From contig DUFS01000040.1 in the NCBI GenBank assembly GCA_013331805.1, forward strand, positions 1,592-15,336: a stretch of DNA of 13,745 nt, written 5' to 3'. This DNA comes from Candidatus Micrarchaeota archaeon (GTDB taxonomy: Archaea > Micrarchaeota > Micrarchaeia > Anstonellales > Anstonellaceae). The position numbers and the translations under genes are program-made. The notes under the pieces were generated by a model. It was not told the DNA's origin. It ran no database searches and worked only from the letters and a program-made list of their open reading frames with translations. Below, in pieces: positions 9,393-13,745 of this stretch. Numbering within the stretch: position 1 is the stretch's first letter; each line of letters begins with the position of its first letter.

Positions 9393-12300
9393 ATGGTGAG
9401 GAAAGAATACATAGTGGAAGAAGTTGCAAGGATGATGAACAAGGTGGAAAACATCCGCAACATAGCCATTGTCGCGCACGTGGACCACGGAAAATGTGTT
9501 TCCGGCTCGGCGCGTCTTGTTCTCTGCGACGGGCAGGTCATTGCCGCCAAAGACCTCTATGAGAGGATAGAAAAGCGGGGCAATGCCGTGAAGGACGATG
9601 AGGATGGCAGGGTTTACAGCGCAGATGGGATTTCCGCGTTTTCGCTGAATAAGGAGGAGGCAAGAGTCGAGCAGAGGAAGATAACGCACGCATGGAAGCT
9701 TAAGGGCGGGAAGATGGTCCGGGTAAGGCTGCGCAACGGGGCGCAGATTGCCACCACTCCGGAGCACAAATACCTCGTCCTTGAGGGCATGGGCTTTGCT
9801 GAGAAGGAGGCGGGCATGCTGCAGGCTGGGGACGCGGTCGTGTGCCCAAAGAAGACTGCTGTTGCTCCCGCCATGGACATCAAGGACGAAGTGATGAAAA
9901 GGCTTGCTGGGGACTCGTTCTACGTCTATCTCAAGAGCGAAACTGCGGACGAGATTGCGGCTGCACTTAAGGAAAAGGGAGTTTCCATTGCGCAGCTGAA
10001 AGGGATAACCGGCTCGTCGCTTTCCCTGGACGGCCTTCGCTTTTGCTTCTACAACAAAAGGTTCAGAGCCGCAGATTATGCGGCGCTTTGCTCCCACCTT
10101 GGAATCCCCCTTTCCGTTGCATATGGCGGGGTGAGCGAGATATCGTACAGGGGCGGCAATCCCCTGAACAGCAAGAACTGCAAGCCCATGCGCCTTCCTT
10201 CCGATTTTGCCGGGCTTTTCTTTGCAGCGGGCCTGCTTTTTGGGGACGGAAGCGGGGACAAGCTGGTTGTTGGAAAGCCCGAGCTTGGCAAGGAATATGC
10301 TAAGATTCTGGGGGAGCTTGGCATAAAGCCGTATTACCGCAACTATTCGTACAGGACACCCGAGGTTGCTGCTGGCAGCAAGACGCTGATGAAGCTCCTC
10401 GAAGCGCTGTTTGGCTATCCCCAGAAGGGCAAGAAATCGCGTAGGATAAGGGTTTCTGATTTCCTTTTCCGCGCCCCTGACGCGCTTGTGGCGCAGTTCC
10501 TGAGAGGCTACTTCGATTGCGACGGGACGGTGGAATCATCAAGGCGGGCCGTGTCCCTCAGTTCGGCAAGCGAGGGGATGCTCCGCGACGTCCAGTTCTT
10601 GCTCCTGAGGTTCAATTGCGCGTCCATACTGCAGGGGAATGCCCTTTATGTTACCGGAAATTCCGTGAAGAGATTCAATGAAAAGGTTGGGTTTTCCCTT
10701 GCGGAAAAGGACACGAAGGCCCGCGAGCTTGAGAGGAAATCCACAGGCAGCTATGTGCTTGATGTTGTGCCCCTGTCAACGCATGCCTTTGGCCAGATAA
10801 AAGGCCAGGGCAGCATGGCATCCATAATGGGCAATTATTACGAGTATGCAGGCGGCAGGAGCAAGCCCACCGTTGCTTCAATTCAGAAAATTGCCGCGAA
10901 AACTGGAAGCGCGCTTCTTTCCAGGTTATGCGAGGAGGAGATTGCGTTCATCGAAGTTGCGGAAATAGGCGAAAGCAGCGAAGAATTCGTTTACGATTTC
11001 ACGGTCGAGAGCAACCACAATTTCGTGGCGGAGGGAATGTTCATCCACAACACCACCATGACCGATTCATTGGTCGCCCGCGCGGGCCTTATCTCGAAGG
11101 AGCTTGCAGGGGAGCAGCGCATGATGGACTTCGACGAGCAGGAGCAGGCGCGCGGCATCACCATCAAGGCTGCGAACATCTCGCTCGCCTTCCATTACAA
11201 CGGCCAGGACTACCTCATCAACCTCATCGACACGCCCGGGCACGTGGACTTCGGCGGGCATGTGACGCGCGCCATGAGGGCAGTGGACGGCGTGGTTCTG
11301 GTGGTCGACTCGGTCGAGGGAATAATGCCGCAGACCGAGACGGTTCTCAGGCAGGCGCTGAAAGAAAAGGCAAAGCCATCCATATTCATCAACAAGATAG
11401 ACCGGCTGATAAACGAGCTTCAGCTGGATGCAGACGCCATGCAGGCGCGGCTCATAAAGATAATCACGGGCCTGAACAAGATCGTAGAGCAATACGCGCC
11501 CGAGGACAAGAAGGCCGAGTGGAGCATCGGGGTTGCAAAAGGCAACGTGGCGTTCGGCTCCGCCTTCCACAAGTGGGCGGTCTCGATAAAGAGCATGAAC
11601 AAGTTCAACATCAAGTTCCCTGACATTTACAACCACTGCAAGAAAGGGGAGCATAAGATCCTGGTGGAAAAATCCCCGCTGGACGAGGTGCTGCTTGAGA
11701 TGGTGGTGGACCAGCTTCCCAACCCCAAGTACGCTCAGCAGTACCGCATTCCCGTAATCTGGAAAGGCGACCCTGCCTCGCCTGAAGGGAAAGCCATGCT
11801 TGCCTGCGACCCGGCAGGAAAGTTCATAGGCATCTGCTTCGGAGTTGTCAATGACGAGCACGCAGGCGAGGTCGCGGTGGTCCGGCTGTTCTCCGGAACG
11901 GTGAAAAAAAGCGACATGCTTTTCCTGGCTTCTCGCTTAACCACTGAAAAGGTGCAGCAGTGCGCAATTTACATGGGGCCTGACCGCGTCATGGTGGACA
12001 ATGTGCTTGCAGGGAACATCGTGGGCCTTGTGGGACTTCGCGACGTCTATGTCGGCGAGACATTATCCGAGGGGCAGATCACCCCCTTCGAGCAGATCAA
12101 GCACGCGGCAGAGCCGGTCGTGACCAAATCAATCGAGGCAAAGGACAGCAAGGACCTTTCCAAGCTCATCCTGGCGCTTCGGCAGATCAGCAAGGAGGAC
12201 CCCACGCTGAAAGTGGAAATCAACCACGAGACAGGCGAGCACTTGATCTCCGGCATGGGCGAGCTTCACCTGGAAATAATAGAGTACAAAATCACCAAGG

Positions 12301-13142
12301 AGAAAGGCATCCCCATTGTGACTTCCCCGCCCATTGTGGTCTACCGCGAAATGATTTCCGGCAAGTCCGAAGAGATACAGGGCAAGTCCCCGAACAAGCA
12401 CACCAAGCTCACCTTCACCGTGGAGCCCATTGAAAAAACGGTTTTCGAGGCCATGCTGGACGGCAAGATACCCGACGGCCAGCCCAAGGGGAAGTCCCTT
12501 GTCGAAACGCTGGTGGAAAGCGGCCTTCCCCGCGAGGAGGCAAAGGCGGTCCTGGACATACACAACAGGAACATCCTGATCAACGACACGCGCGGCATAC
12601 AGTACCTCAACGAAATATCCGAGCTGATGATCCAGGGCTTCGAGGAGGCTGTGGACCTCGGACCCCTTGCCAAGGAAAAGGTTGTCGGTGTGAAAGTCAA
12701 GATAACCGATGCCATCATCCACGAGGACCCTGTGCACCGCGGGCCTGCGCAGATAATCCCCGCCACCAAGCGCCCGATTTACGCCGCCATGCTCTACGCG
12801 GGCGTTACCCTGCAGGAGCCCAAGCAGAAAGTCACCATACTCTGCCCGCACGACTACATGGGCAACGTGATAACGCTCATACAGGGAAGGAGGGGGCAGC
12901 TTCTGGACATGCAGCAGGAAGGCGAGCAGTCCACAATCATTGTCAAGCTTCCTGTTGCTGAAATGTTCGGGTTCGGAAACGACCTCCGCTCTGCGACCCA
13001 GGGCAGGGGAATACCCTACCAGGAATACGCAGGCTACGAGCCGCTTCCGCGCGACATGCTCCTGAAAATCGTGAGGCAGATCCGCGAAAGGAAGGGCGAC
13101 AAGCCAGACCCGCCCACGCCCAATGACTTTTTGGACCTCTAA
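9393..13142 (+). CDS. fusA: Translation elongation factor aEF-2, intein-containing precursor (1249 aa; 730 aa after splicing)
   Basis: IRNIAIVAHVDHGK/TTMTD, EQARGITI, NLIDTPGHVDFGG, INKIDR, GMGELHLEI, diphthamide loop HEDPVHRGPAQ, FGFGNDLRSATQGR; ATG 9393 preferred to TTG 9348. Confidence 0.97.
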   Translation: MVRKEYIVEEVARMMNKVENIRNIAIVAHVDHGKCVSGSARLVLCDGQVIAAKDLYERIEKRGNAVKDDEDGRVYSADGISAFSLNKEEARVEQRKITHAWKLKGGKMVRVRLRNGAQIATTPEHKYLVLEGMGFAEKEAGMLQAGDAVVCPKKTAVAPAMDIKDEVMKRLAGDSFYVYLKSETADEIAAALKEKGVSIAQLKGITGSSLSLDGLRFCFYNKRFRAADYAALCSHLGIPLSVAYGGVSEISYRGGNPLNSKNCKPMRLPSDFAGLFFAAGLLFGDGSGDKLVVGKPELGKEYAKILGELGIKPYYRNYSYRTPEVAAGSKTLMKLLEALFGYPQKGKKSRRIRVSDFLFRAPDALVAQFLRGYFDCDGTVESSRRAVSLSSASEGMLRDVQFLLLRFNCASILQGNALYVTGNSVKRFNEKVGFSLAEKDTKARELERKSTGSYVLDVVPLSTHAFGQIKGQGSMASIMGNYYEYAGGRSKPTVASIQKIAAKTGSALLSRLCEEEIAFIEVAEIGESSEEFVYDFTVESNHNFVAEGMFIHNTTMTDSLVARAGLISKELAGEQRMMDFDEQEQARGITIKAANISLAFHYNGQDYLINLIDTPGHVDFGGHVTRAMRAVDGVVLVVDSVEGIMPQTETVLRQALKEKAKPSIFINKIDRLINELQLDADAMQARLIKIITGLNKIVEQYAPEDKKAEWSIGVAKGNVAFGSAFHKWAVSIKSMNKFNIKFPDIYNHCKKGEHKILVEKSPLDEVLLEMVVDQLPNPKYAQQYRIPVIWKGDPASPEGKAMLACDPAGKFIGICFGVVNDEHAGEVAVVRLFSGTVKKSDMLFLASRLTTEKVQQCAIYMGPDRVMVDNVLAGNIVGLVGLRDVYVGETLSEGQITPFEQIKHAAEPVVTKSIEAKDSKDLSKLILALRQISKEDPTLKVEINHETGEHLISGMGELHLEIIEYKITKEKGIPIVTSPPIVVYREMISGKSEEIQGKSPNKHTKLTFTVEPIEKTVFEAMLDGKIPDGQPKGKSLVETLVESGLPREEAKAVLDIHNRNILINDTRGIQYLNEISELMIQGFEEAVDLGPLAKEKVVGVKVKITDAIIHEDPVHRGPAQIIPATKRPIYAAMLYAGVTLQEPKQKVTILCPHDYMGNVITLIQGRRGQLLDMQQEGEQSTIIVKLPVAEMFGFGNDLRSATQGRGIPYQEYAGYEPLPRDMLLKIVRQIRERKGDKPDPPTPNDFLDL
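9495..11051 (+). mobile_element. Intein with LAGLIDADG homing endonuclease, 519 aa, in the EF-2 P-loop
   Basis: Starts CVSGSARLVL (block A), IATTPEHKY (block B), AGLLFGDGS and FLRGYFDCDGTV (LAGLIDADG blocks C and E), FVYDFTVESNHNFVAEGMFIHN (blocks F and G), followed by Thr+1; removal restores AHVDHGKTT. Confidence 0.97.
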
Positions 13143-13143
13143 A

Positions 13144-13228
13144 TCCCGGTCGCTACTTCGAACTGCTCCACGTCGTAGACTCAAAACGGGCGAGTTCGGT
13201 TCACTGCACCGTACGAGGGGAGACGCCC
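13144..13228. other. Short intergenic element with nested inverted repeats
   Basis: TCCC/GGGA, TCG/CGA and TAC/GTA outer pairings; inner CGAACTGCTC (13159-13168) with GGGCGAGTTCG (13188-13198); alternative GGGCG/CGCCC. Folded by eye only. Confidence 0.35.
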
Positions 13229-13254
13229 AACTTTTGCATGCTGAGTGCCTCCAT

Positions 13255-13745
13255 TCAGTCTCTGTCTTTGCAGCCAATGTTGTATATGCTCCACTTGAAA
13301 TCGTTGTTTCCTTCTAGCTTGTCATTTATCTGTTTAACAATGAGATTCTTTATTTCGAGGAATTTTTCCTTTCCAACTTCTACATTGCCGATGGCATAAT
13401 GAAGGTTTTTCACGTTAAAGCAGAACATCGAGTCGTGTACATTCTCGCAATTGTGGCAGAAGTAGCAGCCAGTGCAGTTCTGCGATGTATCGACTTCAAA
13501 GCATCTGGCAATCTTAAACGAATTGTAGCAGTTGATACAAAAGCTCGAATTTCTCGTTGAGTCACCTCCAAAAACATACTCGCTGTTCCTTGGCCAGAAT
13601 GAATAGGCACAGTTCTTTCCTTCGTACACTCTGCTGCACCTGAAACAGTCTGTCGCCCCCCACACACTGGAGCATTCGATGGTGTTCTTATTTTGGCCTT
13701 CTTCCTCTGGGCTAAGGTATGCAACAGGTTCAATAAAGTCACAGA
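13255..13745 (-). CDS. Cys/Ser/Asn/aromatic-rich repeat hypothetical protein, 5' end outside the window
   Basis: Frame of the 13255..13665 ORF stays open to the window edge (CDFIEPVAYLSPEEEGQNKNTIECSSVWGATDCFRC...); short-period repeats SSFCINCYNS and SQNCTGCYFCHNCENVHDSMFCFNVKN, then YAIGN.EVGKEKF. Confidence 0.8.
   Translation of the reverse strand, partial: CDFIEPVAYLSPEEEGQNKNTIECSSVWGATDCFRCSRVYEGKNCAYSFWPRNSEYVFGGDSTRNSSFCINCYNSFKIARCFEVDTSQNCTGCYFCHNCENVHDSMFCFNVKNLHYAIGNVEVGKEKFLEIKNLIVKQINDKLEGNNDFKWSIYNIGCKDRD

Noticed and set aside
12714..12760. Possible loss of the diphthamide site in EF-2
   Set aside because: The target His is present in HEDPVHRGPAQ, so this looks like a canonical aEF-2.
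13186..13215. tRNA fragment suggested by GTTCG and GGTTCA motifs
   Set aside because: No cloverleaf, no proper 5-bp T-stem with 7-nt loop and no acceptor stem.
13410..13742. 110-aa minus-strand ORF
   Set aside because: Alternative frame overlapping the Cys-rich gene, whose frame has the coherent repeat pattern.

Overview
Archaeal core transcription/translation gene cluster on the + strand: rpoB'' (5'-truncated) - rpoB' - rpoA' - [orphan 100-aa ORF] - rpoA'' - rpl30e - nusA - rps12 - rps7 - [inverted pilin-like gene] - EF-2, followed by a convergent, window-truncated Cys-rich repeat gene. The divergent core proteins, the class III signal-peptide gene and the Cys-rich repeat gene suggest a DPANN archaeon, possibly Micrarchaeota (inference, no phylogeny run). 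Main departures from the usual operon: (1) a 519-aa LAGLIDADG intein in the P-loop of EF-2; (2) an orphan ORF with flanking imperfect repeats between the two halves of the largest RNAP subunit, next to an RpoA'' lacking its usual N-terminal helices; (3) a second, synonymously recoded copy of the last 8 codons of rps7 just 31 nt after its stop; (4) four substitutions in the two near-invariant decoding loops of uS12; (5) a pilin-like gene separating rps7 from EF-2; (6) a short structured element after EF-2. No rRNA, tRNA, CRISPR array or transposase was seen.
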